Below are positions 32,340 to 42,176 of a DNA stretch of 64,000 nucleotides, piece by piece. The stretch comes from an uncultured Chloroflexia bacterium (GTDB taxonomy: Bacteria; Chloroflexota; Anaerolineae; Anaerolineales; Villigracilaceae). The notes under the pieces were generated by a model that saw only the letters and a program-made list of their open reading frames with translations, ran no database searches and was not told the origin of the DNA. How positions within the stretch are numbered: position 1 is the first letter of the stretch; every line of letters starts with the position of its first letter. Position numbers and translations under genes: made by a program. The stretch lies in the NCBI GenBank assembly GCA_963791785.1, contig CAWBTW010000010.1:69828-133827 (forward strand). Reading direction: 5' to 3'.

Positions 32340-32846
32340 ATGGCTGAAGAAAAGAACCGCCACATTGCGTTCATTTGCTCAAAAGGTGACCTCGACATGG
32401 CCTATCCTGCCCTGATTATGGGTTGGGCCGCTCTGGGCAATGGTATTGATGTAACCATCTTCTTTACCTTCTGGGGCTTGGATCTGGTTACCGAAAAGCG
32501 TGTAGATAAATTGGAAATTGCCCCCGTTGCCAATACCAGCTTCAAGATGAGCATGATGGGCTTGCCGACTGGCAACCTGGGTATCCCCAATATCCTGGGT
32601 ATCATCCCCGGTATGTCGGCTTTTGCCACCTGGTTCATGAAAATGAAGATGAAAGCCCTGGGTGTACCGCCTGTGCGCGAATACATGGAGATGCTGTCAG
32701 ATGCTGGCGCCAAAATGTATGGCTGCAAGATGACCGTTGACATGTTTGACATCAAGGACGAGGATTTCCTCCCCTGCGTAGACAGTGTCGTCACCGCTGG
32801 CGACTTCATGGACATGACCGAAGGCGCGCAGATCGTCTTCATCTAA
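32340..32846 (+). CDS. DsrE/DsrF-like (DsrE2 / COG2210) sulfur-carrier family protein
   Basis: Intact 168-aa ORF with ..IAFICSKGDLDMAYPALIMG.. and ..MYGCKMTVDMF... Confidence 0.65.
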   Translation: MAEEKNRHIAFICSKGDLDMAYPALIMGWAALGNGIDVTIFFTFWGLDLVTEKRVDKLEIAPVANTSFKMSMMGLPTGNLGIPNILGIIPGMSAFATWFMKMKMKALGVPPVREYMEMLSDAGAKMYGCKMTVDMFDIKDEDFLPCVDSVVTAGDFMDMTEGAQIVFI

Positions 32847-32926
32847 AAGGCTATTGGGTAGGTTTTCAACCTGCCAAAATCACGATGCTGTCAGGCTTTT
32901 AGCCTGACCTACGTAGACAACAAACG

Positions 32927-32961
32927 AAAAGAGCGACGTTTGAGGGGGCGTCGCTCTTTTT
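32927..32961. terminator. bidirectional intrinsic terminator
   Basis: AAAA-GAGCGACG-(loop)-CGTCGCTC-TTTTT, lying between convergent genes. Additional hairpins occur at 32890-32908 and 32970-33000 (14-bp perfect stem). Confidence 0.65.
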
Positions 32962-33008
32962 CTATACCTGCTCACGAAGGGGCTTAGCCCCTTCGTGAGC
33001 AAATGAGA

Positions 33009-33347
33009 TTAGTTCTTATATGGCTCTAAAACCAAAATCTGATGCAATCCCATGGTAGTGATTACCTTTTTTTCGATTCTCAAATTAGCCTTCGCAAAAG
33101 TAGTGCGGAGATTTTGCTTGGCCCATTCCTTCATAAGCTCCGACTGATCGAGGAAGCTAAAGATTATGCCCCAGAGGGTATTTAGATTTTTGTTTTTGGG
33201 TAGGTTGTAATCAACAATCACGACCTGGTTCCTGGTCACTCTCGCAGCTTCAGCGAGTACCCGAATTTGAACATCCTCTGGCATGTGATGGAGCGCAAGC
33301 GCAATCGTGATGATTTCAAAGGAATCATCTGGAAAATCATTCGGCAT
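33009..33347 (-). pseudogene. class I SAM-dependent methyltransferase, C-terminal fragment
   Basis: ..DMPNDFPDDSFEIITIALALHHMP.. (post-I/III motifs). No clean GxGxG motif could be recovered in any upstream frame. AT-rich. Confidence 0.45.
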
Positions 33348-33432
33348 ATCGCCTTGGTTGGGGCGCAGGAGTTTTCGTTAGCCACCACTAGCATCCCTCT
33401 ACTAAATCACTCAAGTGTCAGGGGGCATTTCT

Positions 33433-34038
33433 TCATGCTTGGAAAACGCATTCCGAGCAGGTGATGGTGGCTTGCATGTCAATCATGACGGTTTCCTTTC
33501 GCAGTATCGCAGATACCTTTTTGAAATTCTCAGAGCTAAATTCCTTACCTTGTTTTGCCTTGGGTGCAGATTCTAATCTGGATACACTTTCCAACCCAGT
33601 GCTTCCAGATCTGCACCTATCGAGAATCTCTTCAGGGACATCGATCAGTAGGGTTGTGGCTTCGGCCAGCAACATGCCTTCTTCGTCATAAATTCCGGCC
33701 CAGCCTTCGGCCATCTTACTTCTGGCTTTGCCCGCCTTGCCAATGATCTTGAGTGGCTTTCCAATCGGCACGTTCTTGCGGTATTTCACTTCCATTTTGC
33801 CGGTGAACATAAAACGCGGTTCTGATGGGTCGCCCATGTGAGCGCGTCCGGAAATTTCATCCAGAATAGCTGCGACAATGCCACCATGCAGCACACCCGG
33901 ATATCCCTGGAAATGATCCGGCGCGGTATAGGTAGTCTCGATCACGCCTGGTTCGGTCTGGTAGATGTGTAGTTTCAAACCGACAGGATTTTCCAAGTCC
34001 GCAGATGAAGCAGTGTCGGGAGTTGGGTTGTTTTTCAC
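33433..34038 (-). CDS. PaaI/4HBT-type hotdog thioesterase (C-terminal tail probably out of frame)
   Basis: ..GYPGVLHGGIVAAILDE... A frame shift near 33630 would give ..IGADLEALGWKVYPD-TAG, ending at 33573. Confidence 0.65.
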   Translation of the reverse strand: MKNNPTPDTASSADLENPVGLKLHIYQTEPGVIETTYTAPDHFQGYPGVLHGGIVAAILDEISGRAHMGDPSEPRFMFTGKMEVKYRKNVPIGKPLKIIGKAGKARSKMAEGWAGIYDEEGMLLAEATTLLIDVPEEILDRCRSGSTGLESVSRLESAPKAKQGKEFSSENFKKVSAILRKETVMIDMQATITCSECVFQA

Positions 34039-34175
34039 CGGTTATCTTTTTTTCTTGTTTTTGCATGTTTCTAATTCCCTTTCGGTTCTTGATGTATCGC
34101 GCTGCTAAATTCCCTTGTTGATGGGTCTTGTTTGCACAATAACCAGAGCAAGCTTGCGATTGCCTAGATGTTTCC

Positions 34176-35716
34176 CTAAATACATCTAACCAGCTTTGCA
34201 TCGAGATCAGCAAAAGCAACAGAATGTACATGCTCCACTCCACAAGCGCGGGCAATTTGTTCGATGCTCAATGCTGGCGCTTCTTGCCCCATAGCATCTT
34301 TCCCAATACCTGGATGGGGTTGATGGCCTGTCGAGGCAGTGGACTTGTTATCCAGGACGACCATCAGGATGTCGCTGCGATTATGGACGGCGTTGCAAAT
34401 CGCCGGGATGCTGGTGTGGAAAAATGCCGAGTCGCCGAACAAGGCCACTGCGCGTTCATTGATCCCAGCTTTGCTCATACCGTCCGCCACACCTATTGCA
34501 GAGCCGATGGCATATTTAGCATCCAGCCGCTCTGCCACAGTCACCAGGCAGCCGGGATCGCCGACCAACACAAGTTTCTGCCCTGTACTCTCGGCTGCTG
34601 TTTCCAACGCATCAAGGACTTCACCGTAGCCGGCTTCTGTGCAATAGCTTTCTTTCTTCGGGATTTCATCTGCTTCGTTCTCTTGCAGATAGCTATTTGC
34701 AGGAACAAAGCCTGGCAAGAATTTTGCTAGGGCCTGCTGGATTTGCCAGCGGTACAACTCGCCTTCCCGATTGACATGACCGCTTTGTTTTCCAAAAATT
34801 TTCGTCCGCGAACCGAGATCATAAGCGAGAGCTTTTATTTGGGTTTCTACAAAAGGTTCATTTTCTTCAAGCATCTAAGACTTCATCACAACTGGCCAGA
34901 AATTTAGAGATGACTTTTTCGGGCAAAGGATAATGAGTGCTTAATTTGAGAACTTGAAATTCTTCACTGACTTCATTGCCCACAATATCAATAAGTTTCT
35001 GATAAGCGAAGCCAGCAGCTAGGATGCCACGCCTTCCAGAACCACTAATTTGATTGTATGGTGTGCTATCAGCCCATTGACCTATTTCCAAAAGTTTCTC
35101 GTGCAGTTCCTTGTGTTTCTCCACCGCATTCTTGGGCACAGGGACAAATCGCCAGGGTTCTCTTTCAAAGCCCTGGTTGATTTCTGGATAAAGTTCATCC
35201 GCCAATGCTACTGACCCTGTCTGTTGTGTGAAGCTGCGAGTTTCCCGAATGATCACCGCGGTATTGAATTCTTCTGAAACTGCAAAGGCTTCCTGCATCA
35301 TGTCATACCCTTCAGCAGGGCTGGCAGGTTCCAGCATTGGCATTTCCAGCATGAGTGCAATGCGGCCGGGTATCCTGATCGTTTTGGGAGCCGTAAGCGC
35401 CGGGATCATCTCCCAGCAAAATGACCAGGCCTCCTTTGACAGGCGTCAGGTTCAGCGCCATGAGCGGATCGATCATCAGGTTCATGCCCACGCTCTTGGC
35501 ACAGACCAGCGCCCGGCGTCCGGCAATGGATGCGCCAATCCCCATCTCTATCGCGACTTTTTCGTTGCTTGACCACTCAACGTAAATATCATGATCTCTT
35601 GCCAATTCGATCAGCGTTTCGACTGTTCCTGAGCTTGGTGATCCGGGGTAGCTGGCTACAAGTTTGACCCCGCTGGCCAATGCTCCATAAGCCAGTGCCT
35701 GGTCGCCATTTAGCAT
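34176..35716 (-). pseudogene. indolepyruvate/2-oxoacid:ferredoxin oxidoreductase alpha-subunit-like TPP enzyme, with two frame disruptions
   Basis: Start MLNGDQALAYGALASGV (ATG 35716). Fragments 35312-35773, 34867-35409 and 34176-34874. ..GDPGC..GDSAFFHTSIPAI... Both phase steps equal +1 nt. Confidence 0.7.
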
Positions 35717-35729
35717 TTGTGATTTTCCT

Positions 35730-36436
35730 TTAGCCACGCGCTTTCTCTCCCCAGTGGATGGCAATTGTCCCAAACATCACTACATCGAAATTGATTTTCT
35801 TAAATCCCACAGCCGCCATGCGAACAACCATTTCTTTTGCTGTAACGAATTCTTCCGTTGAGTCTGGCAGGTAGTTGTACGCATCCTTGAAACCGGATAG
35901 CAGCCCGCCGACCAGCGGGATGACCACGTGCATATGCAGCCAGATGAACGGCGAAAGCAGGTTGCGCTTGGGTTTGGTCGTGTCCAAAATGACGATGCGT
36001 CCGCCGGGTTTGAGCGTGCGATACTGCTCTTTCAGTGCCTGCTGGATGTCGCCCACGTTGCGCATCAGAAAACCGGAGACGACTGCATCGAAGGTGTTAT
36101 CTCCAAACGGAAGGTTGAGCGCATCTGCCGCGGACCAGGGCAGGCTCCCGTTTCCTACGTTGACCAACTCTCATCATCTCAAGCGTGAAATCAGCTGCCA
36201 CCACTTTTGCTTCCGGTTGTTGCTTGAGCGCTTCGCGTGCCAGGTCGCCCGTTCCTGCACCGAGGTCGAGCAGGCGCGCATTGGGTTTCAATCCGGCCTG
36301 CTGGATAACCTTGCTCCCTCCAGCGCACATCCTGCCCGGCGGTCATCAGGCGGTTCATCAGATCATAGCGATGGGCGATGCGCGTGAACATATCCTGCAC
36401 ATATTCGCCGCGTTCTTTACCAGTCAAATGTGTCAT
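35730..36436 (-). pseudogene. menG: demethylmenaquinone/ubiquinone methyltransferase (MenG/UbiE) with two frame disruptions
   Basis: ..HRYDLMNRLMTAGQDVRWR.., ..LLDLGAGTGD.., ..LKPGGRIVILD... Fragments 36191-36436, 36097-36330 and 35730-36167. Both phase steps equal +1 nt. Confidence 0.8.
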
Positions 36437-36484
36437 GATGCTCCTCTAAACTGGGCTATTATAAACGGTGATATACTCGCGGGC

Positions 36485-37384
36485 ATGTCCCAATCTGAAC
36501 AGCCCTTATCCAAATTCCAAATCTGGATGCTGGCCGCGCGGCCCAAAACTCTGCCTGCCGCCGCGGCTGGTGTAATGACCGGTACAGCGCTGGCTCTGCA
36601 TGATGGACACTTCCGCTTTGGCCCGGCGCTGGCTGCTTTGCTGGTGGCGCTGTTACTGCAAATTGGCAGCAACCTGGCCAATGATGTCTACGATTACGAG
36701 CGCGGCGCGGATGCAGGCGAGCGCCACGGTCCCATGCGGGTGACGCAGGCGCAGTTGCTTACGCCCAAGCAGGTCAAGGTTGGGATGTGGGTGGTGTTTG
36801 GACTTTCGGCTTTGTTGGGGTTGTATCTGGCCTTTGTGGCAGGCTGGGTGGTGATCCTGATCGGCCTGGCGGCCATTCTTTCCGCGATTGCGTACACAGG
36901 TGGCCCCTTTCCGCTTGGATACTATGGGTTGGGGGATTTGTTCGTCTTCATCTTCTTCGGTGTGGCTGCCGTCGCCGGGACATATTTCGTGCAGGCCGGT
37001 TCGGTCAGCGCGGGGGCCTGGTGGATGTCATTGCCCATCGGCTGGCTGATCGTGGATATTTTAGTGGTCAACAATTTGCGAGATATCGATGCCGACCGTG
37101 CGGCGGGCAAGCATACGCTGGCCGTCCGTTTTGGGGAGCGAGGTTCACGGACGCAGTATATTGTTTTGCTGCTTGCTTCTTACTTGATTCTGCCCGTTTT
37201 AGCGTTTTTCGGCATCCTACCGTGGACAAGCCTGCTGGCCTGGCTCTCATTCCCGCTTGGGTGGCGGACATGGCAAATTGTGCGGAAGCAGGCCGGACGT
37301 CCGTTGAATGAAGCGCTGGCAGGTACTGGTCAGACAACTCTGGTCTACAGTCTGTTGTTTTTTGTGGGGATGCTGTTAGCCTGA
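36485..37384 (+). CDS. menA: 1,4-dihydroxy-2-naphthoate polyprenyltransferase (UbiA family)
   Basis: Start MSQSEQPLSKFQIWMLAARPKTL (ATG 36485). Asp-rich motifs NDVYDYERGAD and NNLRDIDADRAAGKHTLAV. It is divergent from menG. Confidence 0.8.
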   Translation: MSQSEQPLSKFQIWMLAARPKTLPAAAAGVMTGTALALHDGHFRFGPALAALLVALLLQIGSNLANDVYDYERGADAGERHGPMRVTQAQLLTPKQVKVGMWVVFGLSALLGLYLAFVAGWVVILIGLAAILSAIAYTGGPFPLGYYGLGDLFVFIFFGVAAVAGTYFVQAGSVSAGAWWMSLPIGWLIVDILVVNNLRDIDADRAAGKHTLAVRFGERGSRTQYIVLLLASYLILPVLAFFGILPWTSLLAWLSFPLGWRTWQIVRKQAGRPLNEALAGTGQTTLVYSLLFFVGMLLA

Positions 37385-37401
37385 TGAGCGTAATGAAACT
37401 T

Positions 37402-38037
37402 TTACTGGGTAAGCAGAATGGCACCATTTGCGAGCATGTGCAACATAGCGGAGACCGCAAGTGAATCGGATTTGAGTCTAAAAAAACCAAAGAATATTCC
37501 TGCAAAAACCATTGAAATGGCATGAATATATGCGTCGGGAGGCAAGGGCCAATATGATTGCGCCCAATAGCCAAGGTGTTCGATGCCGAACAGCAGTGAA
37601 GTTCCTGCAAGCACAATAGCACGCCCATTGTTGCCCGCCAGGAATTTATTGAGCATTGCCCAAATTGCGCCCCGAAAAACCATTTCTTCAGCAATCGGAA
37701 GAAGAATGATGATGTCAAGAATTTCGAGTGGTGATCTGGGCTGTCCTGTGATTTTCGATACTGGTTGATTGTGAAAGTTGAATATGAGTAGTCCCAGGGT
37801 AACGATTAGTGCAAGGTAATTGAATACTTTCCATTTGAACGAGAGCGCCTGAAAGGGGGATGCCTCTGTTTTCTTGAGATAAAAACCGGTACAAAGAATT
37901 ATTGCGATGCTGCTGATCAAGCCCTTGTATTCTGGGTGCGCGATGAGTTTGCCCATGAGCCATTGCATTGCGGGAAGCGTAAATGACAAGGCTATTAGGC
38001 CAGCTATTGTGCTGGCGAAAAGAAACTTTTTGCTCAT
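37402..38037 (-). CDS. CPBP-family intramembrane glutamic endopeptidase (CAAX/Abi)
   Basis: Start MSKKFLF (ATG 38037). Motifs EEMVFRG, FGIEHL and HMLANG. AT-rich. Confidence 0.75.
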   Translation of the reverse strand: MSKKFLFASTIAGLIALSFTLPAMQWLMGKLIAHPEYKGLISSIAIILCTGFYLKKTEASPFQALSFKWKVFNYLALIVTLGLLIFNFHNQPVSKITGQPRSPLEILDIIILLPIAEEMVFRGAIWAMLNKFLAGNNGRAIVLAGTSLLFGIEHLGYWAQSYWPLPPDAYIHAISMVFAGIFFGFFRLKSDSLAVSAMLHMLANGAILLTQ

Positions 38038-38145
38038 CGATTGACTAACTGGAATATCGATGGATAAAGTCCTTGATCTGTTCGGGTTGCCTGGTTGAAA
38101 ATGCAATTTCCCGCACAAGCCCCTTTTTCTTTTTGAGGGTTACCA

Positions 38146-38525
38146 CTACGCGCGGATATTCCAGAAAGTTAAAAATGCCCAATATTTACCTTTTACAAAC
38201 ATGAAGTGGATACCTGCGCCGCCAAAGCGCCATATCGTATTTTCGTCGAGATAACAGTTTTTAATATTTGAAATAGCAATCTTCCAGGTGAAAATGCCAA
38301 AGGTAAGTTGTAGGGTATCCGCTGTCAGTTGGATTTTGAGCGTTCGATAATTGAGTGAATAGAACAGGAAGAAGATGAAAAGCATAGAAATGTGATCGTC
38401 CATCCATTCCATCCAACGCTCGGCCAACGCCATGCGAAAAGTACCAGGAACACAAGCGTTAGCACGATGAACAGAGTTTCTGTTTTAGCCGACGAAAGTT
38501 TTTCATTATAGGTTTCCCCGTTCAT
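38146..38525 (-). pseudogene. small membrane protein (bPH-like?) with one frame disruption
   Basis: Fragments 38325-38525 and 38146-38433. There are two N-terminal TM helices followed by a beta-rich tail. No confident family assignment. Confidence 0.35.
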
Positions 38526-38527
38526 TG

Positions 38528-39295
38528 TTACTCCTTCCCGAAACGCTTACCTACCCCACAAACTTCCATGGACACAGCTTTCGCTCCATCCAATCCACCG
38601 TAAAGTATAACCCCAACCCCAAGAAACTGACATTGCCAGCACGCCCGCGTACATGGCAGGGTAATCCAGCAGTGTGCTGCCGTTATAGTAGATGTAATAC
38701 CCAAGTCCTCTTGCGTGTAGCGAACAATTCGGCGATGTACAGCACCGCTACAGCTGTGCCCACGGACTGGCGCAGCGCGGTCAAAATGGCGGGCAGGCTG
38801 GCGGGCAGGTACACAAAGCGGAACAGCGCCCGCCGTCCCGCGCCCAGGCTGCGCAGGCTTTGCAGCAATTGCGGGGGCAGGCCCGCTGCCTGGTCGCGCA
38901 CCAGCACCACGATCTGGAAGAACAGGATCAGGAAGATGACTGTGATCTTGGCCAGGTCGCCGATGCCCAGGAAGAGCAGCACGATTGGCACAAAAACCAC
39001 TTTTGGGATGGGATAGAGCAAGATAGATGACGGGGGAGAAGAAGCGGTTCAAGCTCCTGGACCCGCCAATTGCCAGCCCCGCAGGGACCGCTGTCAGCAC
39101 CGACAGCAGCATCCCCGCCAGCACGCGCCACAGGCTGGCCGCAAAATGACCGGGTAACTCCCCGCCCAATTCTTTGAAAAAGACATCCAGCACCACGACG
39201 GGCGTTGGCAAAATCGGACGGTCCACGATCATCGCCGCAATCTGCCAGATCACCAGAATCCCCAGGCTGGCAAGCAGCACGTCACGCCGTTTCAT
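38528..39295 (-). pseudogene. ABC transporter permease (SsuC/TauC/NMT1-type) with at least two frame disruptions
   Basis: The N-terminus in ORF 38528-39295 continues in ORF 38683-39021 (..LLYPIPKVVFVPIVLLFLGIGDLAKI..LRSLGAGR..). Confidence 0.7.
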
Positions 39296-40049
39296 GTGAT
39301 AGCTCCTTGCGCAGTGTCTGGCACAGTGCGTGGTATTCCTGGCTCTCGCGATGACCAGCTTTCCCGGCAGTGGGATTATCGAACATGCGCGCCTGCTGGT
39401 TGGGCGGTTCGCCCAGCAGCAGGATTTTGCCTCCCATCGCAGCAGCTTCTTCGATATTGTGCGTCACAATGACCAGCGTGATGCCATTCTCAGCGCACAG
39501 TTCCAGCGTCAGGCGTTGCAAGTCTTCGCGGATGACGGCGTCCAGCGAGGAGAAGGGTTCGTCCATCAGCAGCAGGTCGGGTTGCAGGGCCAGGGTGCGC
39601 GCGATGGCTGTGCGTTGGCGTTGTCCGCCGGAGATTTGGGATGGGTATTTATCGGCGAATTTGTCGATGCCGAGACGTTCCAGCCAGGGAGTGACATCGC
39701 GTTCGGGGCGGTAATCTTGCGGGGTGTGGACTCCGTCTGCGCCGTAGAAATTGCGGACTTTCAATCCCAACTCGGCGTTCTCGCGGACAGTGGCCCAGGG
39801 CAGCAGTCCGTAATCTTGCAGGATCAACCCCGTGCGCGGACGCGGTCGGGTTAGCGGCTGTGCCATCGATCAGGATTTGCCCGATGTGGCATGTTGCAAT
39901 CCAGCCAGCAGGTAGAGCAGGGTGGTCTTGCCGCAGCCGGATGTGCCCAGAACCGCCCAGGTCTCGCCGCGTTCGACGTTCCAGTTGAAACTGTGGAAGA
40001 GCGGAGGTGAGTGGGGGTAGGCGAAGGTCAGGGAGTGGAGGTTGATCAT
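39282..40049 (-). pseudogene. ABC transporter ATP-binding protein with a paired -1/+1 disruption near 39850-39880
   Basis: Start MINLHSL (ATG 40049). Walker A GTSGCGKTT, signature ISGGQRQR, Walker B LLLMDEPFS. Confidence 0.8.
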
Positions 40050-40063
40050 ATTTGAAGAAATCA

Positions 40064-40147
40064 CCCTCACCCTGGCCCTCTCCCTCAGGGAGAGGGACTT
40101 TGGGTGCAGTTACTCCCTCTCCCATTGGGAGAGGGTAGGGGTGAGGG
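40064..40147. repeat. nested-palindrome repeat element, compound copy
   Basis: Outer arms CCCTCACCC / GGGGTGAGGG enclose two inner hairpins: CCCTCTCCCT-CA-GGGAGAGGG and CCCTCTCCC-ATT-GGGAGAGGG. Confidence 0.85.
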
Positions 40148-40210
40148 AAAACTAGACGGGAGATCGCTCGGAAACGGCCTCCCGTTGATTATAACTGAGA
40201 CAATTGTGAG

Positions 40211-41166
40211 CTAGGGAAGAAGCGAGCCGTTGACCGAGTCTGCATACGAAACGTCAACATCCAGCATGCCTTTTTCTTTGGCCCAACTGAGCGCATCCTC
40301 CCATTCAGCTTCGGTGGGGACGCCGGCGGCAGGGAAGGGCGGGACTTTGTAGGCTTCCAGCAGCGGCGGCGGGACGATCTTGGCTTCGCTCAGGATGTCG
40401 GTGTACTGGGTGGGGTCGGCGTTGATGAGCGCGATGGCTTCGTCCATGGCGGCCAGGAAACCCTGGATGGCCTCGGGGTGCGCGTCGATGACTTCTTCCC
40501 GGAAGGAGTAGATGCTGAAGCCGTATTCGGGATGGTCGGAAGTCGTCCAGGACGATGACCGCGCCAGATTGCACGGCCAGCGCGCCGAGCGGATCGGGCA
40601 GGGTGGCGGCCGAAAGTTCGCCGGATGCCAGCAGCGCCATGCGGTCGGGAATTCTTGGGAACGGGGATGGTCACGATTTCGTCGGCGCTCAGGCCTTCGT
40701 TGGTCAGCAGTCGTTCGGTGACGTATTCGATGATGGTGCCCTGCGAAACGCCGATCTCAACACCCTTGAAGCCCTCGGGCGCGGTGATGCCGCTCGGCCC
40801 AGAAGCCAGGATGAAGAAGTGTCCGTAGCCTTCGGCGGGGCGCAGCGCGTAGCGCACGGCCTGCATCTGGATGGTTTCTTTGTTGAAGAGCATCACCGAG
40901 AGTGTCTCGTTGATGGTGCCATCTACCTGACCGGATGCGACCAGTTGCACGCGTTCGGGCGCAGATGCCACCGGGACCAGTTCGACTTCCACGCCATGCT
41001 TTGCGAAGAAGCCCTGCTGTTGGGCGACGTACAGCGGTAGCGTGTCGATGATGGGCAGCACGGCGATCTTGAGCGCAACGGTTTCAGCCGGTACGGCTCC
41101 TGGGCCGCAGGCTGTGATGAACAGTGCGAATAAAACGATGATGAACAATAAGCGGTTGTTTTTCAT
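40211..41166 (-). pseudogene. ABC transporter substrate-binding lipoprotein (NMT1/THI5-SsuA type) with two frame disruptions
   Basis: Signal/lipobox MKNNRLLFIIVLFALFITAC. Fragments 40390-41166, 40305-40640 and 40211-40447. Both phase steps equal +1 nt. Confidence 0.7.
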
Positions 41167-41321
41167 TTATGGATTCTCCGGAATTTTTATATGTCGGAAT
41201 ATTTAGAAGAAATGTTATTAGGGAGAGATTTTATCATGTGGAAGATACAATCATTCCAAACTATTTAGATTATCCGGGGTTATAGAAAGAGACAAACCGA
41301 AACCAATCTGGAGAAAACTCA

Positions 41322-42176
41322 ATGCCTAAAATCGCAATTGTCACCGATACCGACGCCAGCCTGCCGCTGGAGCTTGCCGAGCAACACGCCATCACCCAGG
41401 TGCCCATCATCGTGCTCTTTGGTGAAGAGAGCTTCCGCGATGTCTACGAGATCGACGGCGAAACCGTCTTTTCCCGTATCGACAAGGAAGGCAAGCTGCC
41501 AACCACATCCGCGCCCTCGCCCGGTCAGTTTTCCGAAGCCTTCCAGGCGGCCTTCGATGACGGCGCCGAGGGCATCCTGTGCCTCACCGTCAGCAGCGAA
41601 GTCAGCGCCACCTATGCCGCCGCCTTGACTGCGAGCGAAATGTTTTCCGACCGGGAGATAAAAGTAGTGGACACGCGCAGCATCGCGCTTGGACAGGGGA
41701 TGATGGTCCTGGCCGCTGCCGAAGCCCTCGCTGCCGGTTCATCCATCGACGAGGCGGCTGCTGTCGCTATGGATACCGGTGGGCGCACCAAGCTGTTCGC
41801 CGCTTTACCCACCCTGAAATATCTCGCTATGAGCGGACGCGTCGGCCATCTGGTTGCGGGGGTGGCTGGAATATTATCTGTCCGTCCCATCCTGACCATC
41901 CGCGATGGCAAGCTTGACCTGCTCGAACGCGTCCGCACCCAGAAGAAATCCTGGGCGCGCGTGGTGGAGCTGTGCGTCGAATTTGTCGGCGATCGTCCGA
42001 TCGAGCGCATGTCCATGATCCATATCACCGCGCCGGAAGATGCCAAAGAGCTTGAAGCCCTGCTGCGCGCCGAGTTGGATTGCCCCGACGAGATCATGCA
42101 CGTTGAGCTGAATCCCGGACTGGCAATCCATGCCGGTGCGGGGTTGGTAGGTGTAGTCTTTACAACTGGCAAATGA
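41322..42176 (+). CDS. DegV family fatty-acid-binding protein
   Basis: Intact 284-aa ORF starting MPKIAIVTDTDASLP... Confidence 0.8.
   Translation: MPKIAIVTDTDASLPLELAEQHAITQVPIIVLFGEESFRDVYEIDGETVFSRIDKEGKLPTTSAPSPGQFSEAFQAAFDDGAEGILCLTVSSEVSATYAAALTASEMFSDREIKVVDTRSIALGQGMMVLAAAEALAAGSSIDEAAAVAMDTGGRTKLFAALPTLKYLAMSGRVGHLVAGVAGILSVRPILTIRDGKLDLLERVRTQKKSWARVVELCVEFVGDRPIERMSMIHITAPEDAKELEALLRAELDCPDEIMHVELNPGLAIHAGAGLVGVVFTTGK

Noticed and set aside
33348-33600. A full-length SAM-dependent methyltransferase reconstructed by frameshift correction upstream of 33347. It would have been a possible partner for the HNH nuclease.
   Set aside because: No frame gives a GxGxG SAM-binding motif; the best candidate reads VMIDMQATIT. 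The gene is also 4.3 kb from the nuclease and in a different transcription unit.
39649-40125. A 158-aa ORF (MGEGVTAPKVPLPEGEGQGEGDFF...) spanning the ABC ATPase start.
   Set aside because: Its N-terminus is a translation of the palindromic repeat element and the rest is an out-of-frame reading of the ATPase gene.
41167-41321. A TPP (THI-box) riboswitch expected upstream of the NMT1/THI5-type substrate-binding gene.
   Set aside because: I read the minus-strand leader and found no CUGAGA / ACCUGAUCUGGAUAAUGCCAGCG-like core. The region is simply AT-rich.
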